DNA of 64,000 nucleotides from an uncultured virus (IMG/VR IMGVR_UViG_3300024999_000036). Lineage: Duplodnaviria > Heunggongvirae > Uroviricota > Caudoviricetes. Made by a program: the position numbers and the translations under genes. The notes under the pieces are model-generated. The model saw only the letters and a list, made by a program, of their open reading frames with translations, searched no databases and was not told the origin of the DNA. Below, piece after piece: positions 10,207-19,526 of this stretch. The stretch is from the IMG/VR virus record IMGVR_UViG_3300024999_000036; one strand, written 5' to 3'. Each line of letters starts with the position of its first letter. The stretch's first letter is position 1.

Positions 10207-11208
10207 ATGGAAAGAAAATACTTTGAATTAGCTAAAGCTACATATGATAGAAATGATACAATTGCAGATGGTATTACATATACTTCTGCTGAAAAGAACG
10301 AAGCATTAAGAAATGCATTTAAGGAATTAGTACCTGATGGTAAAAATAGGTACAAGAGTTTCAGAAAAAATAAGAATGAAATTTTTGAATTGGTAGAAGA
10401 AAATGTTGATGAAATTCTACCAAAAAGAGTTGATGATGCTTACGGTGGTTTCGTTGAATATCAAATGTTAGATCAAGGACAAAAACCTAAATTTAAGACT
10501 AAAAAAGGTAAGAGAGGTTTACTTAACTTTATTACTAAAGTTGGTTTGGGTGGTGTAATTGAAAGAACAAGATTAGATGTTGATTATATTAATATGACTA
10601 TGGAAGCATATGGTGGTGCAGTTTATGTCGAATTTGAGCGTTTTTTAGACGGGGTTGTGGATTGGACTGACTTAATTAATGCTATCGTAGATGGTATTAT
10701 GGAAAAAATTAATCTTCAAATTCAAACTACTTTAATTGCTTCGTTTACTGGTCTATCTGCTAATATGAAAATACAAGCTAATTCTTTTGTTCCTAGTCAA
10801 ATGGGACAATTGATTACTAATGTACAATCTTATGGTGATAATGTTGTAATTTTCTGTACTCCTACTTTTGCAGGTACTATTGAAGAAACACCTGGATTTG
10901 TAAGTGATATGGATAGAACTGAACGTAGGGAATTTGGTAGAATTGGTAAATTTAGAGGTGCAAGTGTCGTTGTATTGCCTAATGCTTTTGCTGATGATAC
11001 TAATACCACTAAGGTATTAAGTGACCAATATGCTATTATTGTTGCAACAAATGAAAGCAAAATTGTAAAAGTTGCATTTGAAGGTGAAACTATTGTGAGA
11101 GAGACTGAAAATGCTGATATGAGTATTGATTTCGAATCCTACAAAAAGTTCGGAATTACCATTGTTTACAGTAATTGGTATTCAATGTACAGGAACACTA
11201 CCCTCTAA
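10207..11208 (+). CDS. Major capsid protein
   Basis: 333 aa, expected position, strong SD, followed by a long hairpin. Confidence 0.8.
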   Translation: MERKYFELAKATYDRNDTIADGITYTSAEKNEALRNAFKELVPDGKNRYKSFRKNKNEIFELVEENVDEILPKRVDDAYGGFVEYQMLDQGQKPKFKTKKGKRGLLNFITKVGLGGVIERTRLDVDYINMTMEAYGGAVYVEFERFLDGVVDWTDLINAIVDGIMEKINLQIQTTLIASFTGLSANMKIQANSFVPSQMGQLITNVQSYGDNVVIFCTPTFAGTIEETPGFVSDMDRTERREFGRIGKFRGASVVVLPNAFADDTNTTKVLSDQYAIIVATNESKIVKVAFEGETIVRETENADMSIDFESYKKFGITIVYSNWYSMYRNTTL

Positions 11209-11250
11209 TATTATTATTTTACATATATAAATAATTTAATAAATTAATTC

Positions 11251-11285
11251 TTATAAAAGGAGTGATTATTTCACTCCTTTTATAA
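11251..11285 (+). terminator. Intrinsic terminator-like hairpin after capsid gene
   Basis: TTATAAAAGGAGTGA-TTATT-TCACTCCTTTTATAA, 15-bp stem. Confidence 0.75.
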
Positions 11286-11323
11286 TATTAAAAATAATTA
11301 AAAACAAAGGATGATTTATTTTT

Positions 11324-11827
11324 ATGGCAAAATCAAAAGATACAATTAACACAATTGATCCAGACATAAAAGTTAGGATTATTAACAACTCTAATTCTAG
11401 AATTCATTGGATTCAATTAAATGGCAGACCTATTAATCTAATGAAAATTGCTGCTCCTGCTTCATTGCCTTATGTAGAATTAGAAAATATGGCATATACT
11501 AGTGATTTAATTCAAACTGGAGATATTTATGTTCCAGATAAAAAAGTATTTGATTCATTGGGAATTTTAAATTTAAAACATGAGGATATAAAACTACATT
11601 CTGAATTAAAACGTATGTTAGTAAGTTTAGAAGCAGAAGAATTGAAAGAAGAAATTTCTAAACTTCCAGATGGGAATAAAGAATTATTAGCTGAATTAGC
11701 AATTATTGATTATGATAATTTAAGAGGTTCGGTAGTTAATACTATTGAAAATGAAACGAAGGTAAAAATTTCTCTTATGAAAGAAGATGAAAAAGCCAAT
11801 AAACAAAACCAAGAAAAGAATAAATAG
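11324..11827 (+). CDS. Phage head-associated hypothetical protein
   Basis: ORF with SD, position after the capsid gene. Confidence 0.55.
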   Translation: MAKSKDTINTIDPDIKVRIINNSNSRIHWIQLNGRPINLMKIAAPASLPYVELENMAYTSDLIQTGDIYVPDKKVFDSLGILNLKHEDIKLHSELKRMLVSLEAEELKEEISKLPDGNKELLAELAIIDYDNLRGSVVNTIENETKVKISLMKEDEKANKQNQEKNK

Positions 11828-11835
11828 GTGATTAT

Positions 11836-12273
11836 ATGAGCATTTCCTATGATCTAATTTTTCAAAAATTCATGCATGAAATTGATGATTTTGATTTAAC
11901 TTCTTTAAATGAAGAAGAAATGAAAATAGAAAATAAATTAACACTGTCTAAAGCTATAACATTATTTAAAAAATGTAAACAATCTTTAATCAGAAATGAT
12001 GAATTAGAGATATTTACAAACACTTTGACAGAAGAAGAGATGTGGATTTTGGCAGATTATATGAGAAAAATTTGGTTAGATGAAAAAATAAACAATGGTG
12101 AATTATTAAAATTAAGATTAACAGATAAAGATTTTAAAACTTTTAGTCCTGCTGATTTATTAGGTACTATGAGTAAATTGAAATTAACCTATGATAAGGA
12201 ATTAAAATTAAAAGTAAATGATTATTTGTATGATGGTTATTTATATTCTAAATTTTATAAATCTGGTGGTTGA
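11836..12273 (+). CDS. Putative head-tail adaptor
   Basis: Position and size; helical; DFKTFSPA motif. Confidence 0.55.
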   Translation: MSISYDLIFQKFMHEIDDFDLTSLNEEEMKIENKLTLSKAITLFKKCKQSLIRNDELEIFTNTLTEEEMWILADYMRKIWLDEKINNGELLKLRLTDKDFKTFSPADLLGTMSKLKLTYDKELKLKVNDYLYDGYLYSKFYKSGG

Positions 12274-12298
12274 TTAATATATAATAAGGAGGTTAATT

Positions 12299-13045
12299 AT
12301 GAGTGATATTTTTAAATTCAAAACCCCGTCTGAAGAAGTTTTTGAATCTATTACACCAGGAACAGTAGTAGCTTCAAAAGCAGTAATAACAGATGCAAAT
12401 AATAAAATTGATACCTTAGATATTACTGCACCTAAAATTGGTGGAGTTGCTTTAACAGCTACTTCTGCTGAAATTAATAATCTTGATGGTTTAACTAGAG
12501 GTTCTATTATTGTTGGTGGAGTTGCTAATGCTACTAGTAAATTAGATGCAAAAACTTCTGGTCAAATTCTTATAGGAGATGGAACTGATTTAGCATCTGT
12601 TGCTGTTAGTGGAGATGCCACACTTGCTGATGATGGTACATTGACTCTTGCTGTACCTAAAGTTTCAGTAATTAGTAAAGTTTGTGCTATTGCAGATTTT
12701 ACTGATAATTTAGATACTACTGGTTATATTGATTTTACTTCACAATTGCCAGCAGGTGCGATTGTAATTGGGTGGAAGGCTATTGTTTCTGCTGGATTTG
12801 CTGGTGATACATCTGCTGTAATAAAAATTGGTGTTGATGGTACATTGGGTAAATTTTCTGCAAGTGTAGCACAATCTGTTTTTGCTGCTGGAACTGTTGG
12901 TTCTGGTGCTCCAATGGATACATGTTTTAATGCTGTTGCTTCTACTCCTAGAATTACCGTAACTGGCAATGCTGATTTTACAAGCATTGTAACTGAAGGT
13001 AATGGAGCAATGAATGTATATTTGTATTATATTGCTACCGTCTAA
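12299..13045 (+). CDS. Putative virion structural/decoration protein
   Basis: Gly/Ala/Thr-rich; VSGDATLADDGTLTL fibre-like motif. Confidence 0.55.
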   Translation: MSDIFKFKTPSEEVFESITPGTVVASKAVITDANNKIDTLDITAPKIGGVALTATSAEINNLDGLTRGSIIVGGVANATSKLDAKTSGQILIGDGTDLASVAVSGDATLADDGTLTLAVPKVSVISKVCAIADFTDNLDTTGYIDFTSQLPAGAIVIGWKAIVSAGFAGDTSAVIKIGVDGTLGKFSASVAQSVFAAGTVGSGAPMDTCFNAVASTPRITVTGNADFTSIVTEGNGAMNVYLYYIATV

Positions 13046-13083
13046 TAAAATGATAAAATAAAAATATAAGGAGGAATAATAAT

Positions 13084-13362
13084 ATGGCTAATATAACTGG
13101 ATATGTAACTCTTTCTACTAACGCTGGTGTTGCAGAATTAAATACTGTAGTTGATTGTTATGAAATTAAACTTTTAAAAAATGATGGTGTAGGAGACATT
13201 ACTTTTAATATTGATAATGTTGTAGCAGATGGAAATACAATAGTTCTTAAAGCTGGAGAAAGTTTAGAAAATTTCCCTGTATATGTTCATAAATTATATT
13301 ACAAAACTGCTGCAAATCCTACTGCTTTTAGATTTATTGGTTTAAGAGAAAAAAATTTTTAA
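13084..13362 (+). CDS. Small beta-rich structural protein
   Basis: Strong SD; LKAGES motif. Confidence 0.55.
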   Translation: MANITGYVTLSTNAGVAELNTVVDCYEIKLLKNDGVGDITFNIDNVVADGNTIVLKAGESLENFPVYVHKLYYKTAANPTAFRFIGLREKNF

Positions 13363-13448
13363 TATATTATTAAAATAAATTAGGGAGATATTTTACTCTC
13401 CCTATTCTAATTATAATTTGTTAGAAATTTATAGGAGGTTGATATTTA

Positions 13449-14618
13449 TTGACTTGGTGGACTGATTATCAAGCAAGACGAGGAATAGATAGAAAAAGTT
13501 TATATGTAAACAATATGAAAAATACAATATCAACTGAATTTAAAAATTCTACAAGTTATAATTTAGTAAAAATTAATGATGTTGATAGAGATGTTCGTAT
13601 TGTTGAAGAAAGTTCTATTATAAAAAATCCAAATAAGAAAAGATTATTATGTTATCCAGATGAAACTATTAATATTGGTGATATTGTAGATTTTGATGGT
13701 TCTAAATGGATATGTACTGAAACAGATACTACTTCTCAAGTTTCGAATGTTGGTATAATTACTAGGTGCAGTAACAACACATTAAACTTCTACGATCAGT
13801 CCCACATCCTACATCAAATACCTTGTATAATACAATCAAATATAAATTTAGATACTGATCAAACCACATATATCGAAAGTCCATCAACTACTATTATATT
13901 AAAAATTCCTAATAACGAAATTACAAGACAAATAAAACGAGGCGAGATTTATAAAATAGGTTTACAGTCGTATGAGATTAAAGACATAAATGATATAGTT
14001 GAACCTGGAATTTTGAAAATGGAGATTGAATATAGTCAGGAAGTGCAGGAAAGTCATATATACACTATTTCAATATTAAATGGAAATTCAGTAGATATTC
14101 AAGAATCAACTATCCTACAACTTAATATCAATGTGTTCGATAACGGAACACTCATCTCCCCTACTCCACCTTTAACTTTTACAAATAGTAATGAATTGGT
14201 TGCAACTGTTGATGAAAATGGATTAATTACAGTAAAAGATGTAATTGATAGTTGTGATATTACTGTTAGTTTGGTGAGTGATAGTAGTGTTTCTGATACT
14301 ATTAATATAAATATAATTGAATTGCCACAAGATAATATAACTTATGAATTGTTAGGTAGTGTTGATATTATTAAAGGTTATTCTCAAAATTATATAACAA
14401 AAAAATATAATAATGGAATTTTAGTTGAAGGTGCAGAATTTACTTTTAGTATTATTCTAGGTAGTACGCCAACAAATGCTTATACGTTGAATGTTATTGA
14501 TACGGATCAATGTAGTATTACTGCCAATTTAACTGTTTATTATATTGTGCTAAGAGCAGTTGACAATAGTAATGGTGAATTTGTTGAAAAGAATATTAGA
14601 TTGAAAAATTTATTTTAA
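13449..14618 (+). CDS. Head-closure/neck protein with Ig-like domain
   Basis: TTG start; SNELVATVDENGLIT Big_2-like motif; position. Confidence 0.6.
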   Translation: MTWWTDYQARRGIDRKSLYVNNMKNTISTEFKNSTSYNLVKINDVDRDVRIVEESSIIKNPNKKRLLCYPDETINIGDIVDFDGSKWICTETDTTSQVSNVGIITRCSNNTLNFYDQSHILHQIPCIIQSNINLDTDQTTYIESPSTTIILKIPNNEITRQIKRGEIYKIGLQSYEIKDINDIVEPGILKMEIEYSQEVQESHIYTISILNGNSVDIQESTILQLNINVFDNGTLISPTPPLTFTNSNELVATVDENGLITVKDVIDSCDITVSLVSDSSVSDTININIIELPQDNITYELLGSVDIIKGYSQNYITKKYNNGILVEGAEFTFSIILGSTPTNAYTLNVIDTDQCSITANLTVYYIVLRAVDNSNGEFVEKNIRLKNLF

Positions 14619-14632
14619 AGGAGGTTGTATAA

Positions 14633-15100
14633 TTGAGTGGAAAAACATTTTCAGATTATAAAGGAATAATACTTGGAAAAATGATTGAAAATACTGAATT
14701 ATTAAAAGCATTAACTATTAATCAATCAGATTTTATTACTCCCTCACTTACTATTAATCCTCCTGATGCAATATATAATTATATATTTCCTTATAGTATT
14801 CATCCAGATATAATCACTGAAACAAAATCTATAATTACGATGAAATTTACAGGTTTTAGTTACGATGGAGTTAAATATCAAAATGGTAAAATATATTTTT
14901 ATACCATATGTCATCAAAGTTTGGTTAGAACTGATTTTGGTAATAGGTATGATTATATTTATGAACAATTAAGGATTCTTTTTAATAATAATAGAAAATT
15001 AGGTATTGGAAAATCAATAATTTCATTAACAGAAGATTTAACTATTAATAAAGACTATTTAGGGAATGTTTGTTGTTTAGAAATCTCTGATTTTAAGTAG
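14633..15100 (+). CDS. Putative tail terminator/completion protein
   Basis: Position and size. Confidence 0.5.
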   Translation: MSGKTFSDYKGIILGKMIENTELLKALTINQSDFITPSLTINPPDAIYNYIFPYSIHPDIITETKSIITMKFTGFSYDGVKYQNGKIYFYTICHQSLVRTDFGNRYDYIYEQLRILFNNNRKLGIGKSIISLTEDLTINKDYLGNVCCLEISDFK

Positions 15101-15111
15101 GTGCATCATAA

Positions 15112-15804
15112 ATGGATGATAATATCAAATCATACATAAAAACTAATGCGTTTCATGGTTATAAAATAATTGTATCTGAAGATATGGGATATATAAAATG
15201 TCCAAAAATAGATGATTTGCAAGATAACTTAATGCTTTATATTTATTTTTTTAATAAATACATTGGAATATATGAAGATAATAAAAACAATTTTTATTTT
15301 ACCATATTATCTAATGAAGAATATATTCAAGAGTTTGTTACTATGATGTGTTTCTTTTTTGAAACAGAAAAAATTCAATTCATAAATAATAGTTTATATA
15401 TTAATGATAATAATTTTATTAATGAAAATAACATCAGTTTATTCATGGAAGTTTTACGTGTTATTCATCATTATGATAAAAAAGATGATGATTACAAACC
15501 AGCAAATAAAATTGCTGCGGAAATGATGGAAAAAGCAAGAAAATTAAAAAAAGAAATAGAAGCAAAAATAAAAAATAAAGATGGTAGTGGTTTTTTAGAA
15601 ATTTCTTCTACTGTTTCTGCAAGGCATCCATCAATAAATCCTACTAATATTGGTCAATTAAATTATTTTCAAATAATAGATCAATTCAAAAGATTAATGA
15701 TGATTGATATGTGGACTCCTTGTTTATATGGAAATGCAACAGAAGAATATATTAAAAAAAATAATGTTAAACATTATAGTGCAAAAATAATAAATGAAAA
15801 TTAA
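15112..15804 (+). CDS. Phage hypothetical protein (tail region)
   Basis: ORF in operon. Confidence 0.5.
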   Translation: MDDNIKSYIKTNAFHGYKIIVSEDMGYIKCPKIDDLQDNLMLYIYFFNKYIGIYEDNKNNFYFTILSNEEYIQEFVTMMCFFFETEKIQFINNSLYINDNNFINENNISLFMEVLRVIHHYDKKDDDYKPANKIAAEMMEKARKLKKEIEAKIKNKDGSGFLEISSTVSARHPSINPTNIGQLNYFQIIDQFKRLMMIDMWTPCLYGNATEEYIKKNNVKHYSAKIINEN

Positions 15805-15821
15805 AAGGAGGAATAATTAAT

Positions 15822-16619
15822 ATGAGTAATACTTTCGTAATTAAAGAAGTTTTAGATTACAATGTATCTAAATATGCTACTTCTGGTTATGGTGATTTTT
15901 TATTTTCAGTAGATTATGCAAAAAGTTCAACAGTACAAACTACTGCTGAAAGACTTCCTATAAGGGGTGGGCAAGGAAATTATAAAATAATGGATTTAGA
16001 TCATACTAAGGATTGTATGTTTAATTCTGTTTTGCCACTTGTAGATATTAAAGCTTTAGCTGTGAAACTTGGTAAAGATGTAACTATTGGTGCAACAACT
16101 GCACCTAAAAAGGATATTAAAACAGTAAGTGCAACTAACACAATAACTCTTTCTAATACACCACTTGCAGGAACTTTAAAAGTATATATTCTAAGTGGTG
16201 AAAGAGATTTGGGAACTATTCAAACGGTTGGGACTCCTGGTACAACCCCTAATACATACTCAATTGCAACTGCTACTATCACACTTAATGCTACTTCTTG
16301 TCCAGAAGGTTCAAAAATTATAGCTTTTTATGATTATACATCAGGGGTAACTGCTCAAAATATTAAAATAACAGCAGCAGATTTCCCTTCATTTATTACT
16401 ATAACTGGTCGTGGCTTAGTAGATGATGATGTAACTGGTTTGAAAATTCCAGTGACTTTTAAAGTGCATAAGGCAAAAGTCAAACCTGAATTTGAATTAA
16501 CTATGGCTTCTGATGCTGCTACTGAATTGGCATTTGATTGTGATTGTTATACTATTCTTAATTCTAGTGCAGAAAGAGAATTTGTAGATATTGTTAAATT
16601 GAACGATGAAAGTATGTAA
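15822..16619 (+). CDS. Major tail tube protein
   Basis: Strong SD, Thr/Ala-rich, IRGGQGN motif, followed by a hairpin. Confidence 0.7.
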   Translation: MSNTFVIKEVLDYNVSKYATSGYGDFLFSVDYAKSSTVQTTAERLPIRGGQGNYKIMDLDHTKDCMFNSVLPLVDIKALAVKLGKDVTIGATTAPKKDIKTVSATNTITLSNTPLAGTLKVYILSGERDLGTIQTVGTPGTTPNTYSIATATITLNATSCPEGSKIIAFYDYTSGVTAQNIKITAADFPSFITITGRGLVDDDVTGLKIPVTFKVHKAKVKPEFELTMASDAATELAFDCDCYTILNSSAEREFVDIVKLNDESM

Positions 16620-16740
16620 AAACAAGATTATTGAGTAAATTTTATTAAGGTTGATTTAATAAAAGTAATATATTAGAGACTTTTATACCAGAATATAAAA
16701 GTCTCTATTTAATTTCATTCTATTCGGGAGGAGTGAAATT

Positions 16741-17835
16741 TTGATAATTAGCAAAAAAGTTGAAGTAACATGGGCAAGAAATAATTGTACATGGTATAAA
16801 TCTAAAGGTTACTTATTTACAAAATTAGGGGATAAATTTTTAGTTTCTATAAATGATTTAAGAGAGGGGAATAAAGTATTAATAGAAGTAATTTGTGATT
16901 GTGAATTATGCAATAATAAAATTATCAAAAAAATTCAATATAGTAATTATGTTCGTTCGATTAAAAATAATGGAAAATATTACTGTAAAGATTGTTCTAT
17001 AAAATATTTAACAGTAAAAAAAGCAACAAAAACAAAACTTAAAAAAGGTATATCTTTTGGTGAATATTTAATTAATAGTTTTGGAGAAAATGCAATTGAA
17101 GAATATTGGTCTAATTTAAATATAATTAATCCATTTGAGATTAATTATCATAGCAATAAATTTGTATGGATTAAGTGTCAAGATAAAAATTATCATGATG
17201 ATTATTCAACTACATGTAATAATTTTATTAATGGAAATAGATGTCCATACTGTAGCGGTAAAAAAATACATAAATTAGATAGTTTAGGATGTTATTTAGA
17301 AATAAATAATTTATTATATTTATGGTCAGATAAAAATAAAAAATCTCCCTATGATTATTTACCTAATTCTAATAAAAAAGTTTATTGGAAATGCCCTGAA
17401 GGAAAACATGATAACTATAAAAGATATATTTCTAATTCAAATAAGTATAAATTTCGTTGTCCTGATTGTCAATTTTCAGAAGGAGAAGAAATAACAAATA
17501 ATTATTTATTAAGTAATAATATAAATTTTTTACCCCAAAAAGAATTTGAAGGTCTTATTGGTCTTGGTGGTGGTAATTTATCATATGATTTTTATTTACA
17601 GCAATATAAATTGTTAATTGAAATTCAGGGTATACAACATGAAAAGCCTATAGATTTTCAAGGAAAAGGTAAAAAATATGCTGAAGAACAATTTAAAAAA
17701 CAGTTAGAACACGATAAACGTAAACGTGAATACGCTAAAAACCATAATATAAAATTACTTGAAATTTGGTATTATGATTTTGATAAGATTGAAAAAATAT
17801 TAGATGCAATTTTAATAAATAGAAACAATATATAA
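16741..17835 (+). CDS. Free-standing endonuclease (Zn-ribbon repeats plus DUF559-like nuclease)
   Basis: WIKC..CPYC and YWKC..CPDC repeats; LSYDFYL..LLIEIQGIQH motif. Confidence 0.8.
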   Translation: MIISKKVEVTWARNNCTWYKSKGYLFTKLGDKFLVSINDLREGNKVLIEVICDCELCNNKIIKKIQYSNYVRSIKNNGKYYCKDCSIKYLTVKKATKTKLKKGISFGEYLINSFGENAIEEYWSNLNIINPFEINYHSNKFVWIKCQDKNYHDDYSTTCNNFINGNRCPYCSGKKIHKLDSLGCYLEINNLLYLWSDKNKKSPYDYLPNSNKKVYWKCPEGKHDNYKRYISNSNKYKFRCPDCQFSEGEEITNNYLLSNNINFLPQKEFEGLIGLGGGNLSYDFYLQQYKLLIEIQGIQHEKPIDFQGKGKKYAEEQFKKQLEHDKRKREYAKNHNIKLLEIWYYDFDKIEKILDAILINRNNI

Positions 17836-17863
17836 ATTTTTAAAATAAGATTGGAGATGTAAT

Positions 17864-18052
17864 ATGATAAAAAAATATTTAAAATATACTCATCCAGCAG
17901 CTATGAAATATGATTTAAAAAAATTATATGAATTAGATGAATTGAAAGAGGAATTGGATTTAGACATGATTAAAGTTTTGTTTAGTCCTATTGATTGGGA
18001 CTTTGAGGATTTAGAAGAAAATAAGAAAAAACTTGAAATACAAAAAAAATAA
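17864..18052 (+). CDS. Small protein, paralog of an internal segment of the next gene
   Basis: KYTHPA...FSP.D motif shared with 18121..18933. Confidence 0.6.
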   Translation: MIKKYLKYTHPAAMKYDLKKLYELDELKEELDLDMIKVLFSPIDWDFEDLEENKKKLEIQKK

Positions 18053-18120
18053 TTTATTATACTAGGTAATAAGTTTTATTACCTAGTATAATAAACATGC
18101 AAGGAGGTCGATAATGGTAA

Positions 18121-18933
18121 ATGAATTCAATATTAATCCAAATAAAATCTCCTAATAATAAACAATTAATTGTGTTTGAAACTACAGAAACAAAACCAAG
18201 TTCAGGTAGAACCGACACAATTTATTATCAAAAAAGTGATAATCAAGTATTTTATTGGGACGGTTCAGTATATCAAACTTTAACTGGAATAACAACTACA
18301 TTATTTATAGATTCTTATGCTGATTTACCAACTTCCGGTCAATCTAGTGATACTTTATATATAACTGAAGATTTTAATAGAATTTATGAATGGACAGGAA
18401 CCGAATACTCCTACGTTAAAAACGTAACATCCATCGTCCTACAGTTAGTAGAAAATGTTGTTATTAAATATACACATCCTGCTGTACCACCTAAAGGGAT
18501 AAATATAAATACAATTTATACGGTAGTGGTTCAAAATGGAGTATGTAAAATATCTAACAACGGAATTGAACAAATTTTAGATGTAAATTTAGTAACAGCT
18601 TATTTTTCACCTTACGATGGAAGATCCTGGGAAGATATATACGGAAATTATATACCTCCTGAACCAATTTCATATCCTTCTAATACAGACAAAGTTATCA
18701 TAAATTCATTGAAAGGTATATTCGATGTAAATGGAAATAATTATGTAGATTATGCTGAAGATGCAGGTAAATTAAATGGTAAAACAGGTGCATATTATGA
18801 TAATTTAATCAATGATAAATTTAGTAAGTCGGAAGATTTAAGTATTATTCCAGACAATTCAATTGTTTTTGGTAATAAGTTTAAAATTAAATTAAATGAG
18901 AATTTAGAAAGTTTAGATATTGAAGTAATTTAA
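18121..18933 (+). CDS. Putative minor virion/fibre-associated protein
   Basis: Two LYxxxD..xYxWxGxxY-type repeats; C-terminus similar to 49536..50177. Confidence 0.5.
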   Translation: MNSILIQIKSPNNKQLIVFETTETKPSSGRTDTIYYQKSDNQVFYWDGSVYQTLTGITTTLFIDSYADLPTSGQSSDTLYITEDFNRIYEWTGTEYSYVKNVTSIVLQLVENVVIKYTHPAVPPKGININTIYTVVVQNGVCKISNNGIEQILDVNLVTAYFSPYDGRSWEDIYGNYIPPEPISYPSNTDKVIINSLKGIFDVNGNNYVDYAEDAGKLNGKTGAYYDNLINDKFSKSEDLSIIPDNSIVFGNKFKIKLNENLESLDIEVI

Positions 18934-18998
18934 AAAGGGTGGGATTTAGAGGATAACAGCCTCTTTCCCTCCCTATTTTATTTTTACCTATTTCAACA

Positions 18999-19056
18999 CA
19001 AAATTTCGCTTTTATAATAATATACGATCCCACAAACCCTTTAAATATAAGGGTTT
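18999..19056 (+). repeat. Bipartite dispersed repeat, copy 1
   Basis: CAAAATTTCGCTTTTAT-18 nt-AAACCCTTTAAATATAAGGGTTT. Confidence 0.75.
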
Positions 19057-19177
19057 TTATTTTTGTATAACATCATAATATCACAACATTTCAACAAATC
19101 TCACAATAAATCACTCGATAAACTAAGCAAATCTTCTAACAACAATTCCATAACTTTCCATAAAGGAGGTAATCAAA

Positions 19178-19498
19178 ATGTCGATTGGTACAATTTTTCA
19201 TGCAGGTTACATTTCTAGCATTCCAGCAAACAAAATAGGTGATGCAAATTATGATCCTTGGTTTATATTAACATCAAACAATCAAATTATAAATTTCATA
19301 GACGCAAATGGTAACAAATGCAATCTCAATAGTCTATTCATTGAAGCAGAAAATACACCTTTAAAAATAAATATTGATAACTTTATCCTATATATTCCAG
19401 CAAATGAATCAAGAGAATATAATTTTGAGAGTATATCAAGTATTCAAGTTATGAATTTGGCAAATACAAAGTTACGATGGTCAGGACAATTTATATAG
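19178..19498 (+). CDS. Hypothetical protein
   Basis: SD AAGGAGGT; 106-aa ORF. Confidence 0.6.
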   Translation: MSIGTIFHAGYISSIPANKIGDANYDPWFILTSNNQIINFIDANGNKCNLNSLFIEAENTPLKINIDNFILYIPANESREYNFESISSIQVMNLANTKLRWSGQFI

Positions 19499-19526
19499 AT
19501 TATGCATAGAAAGGTGGTGAATTTAA

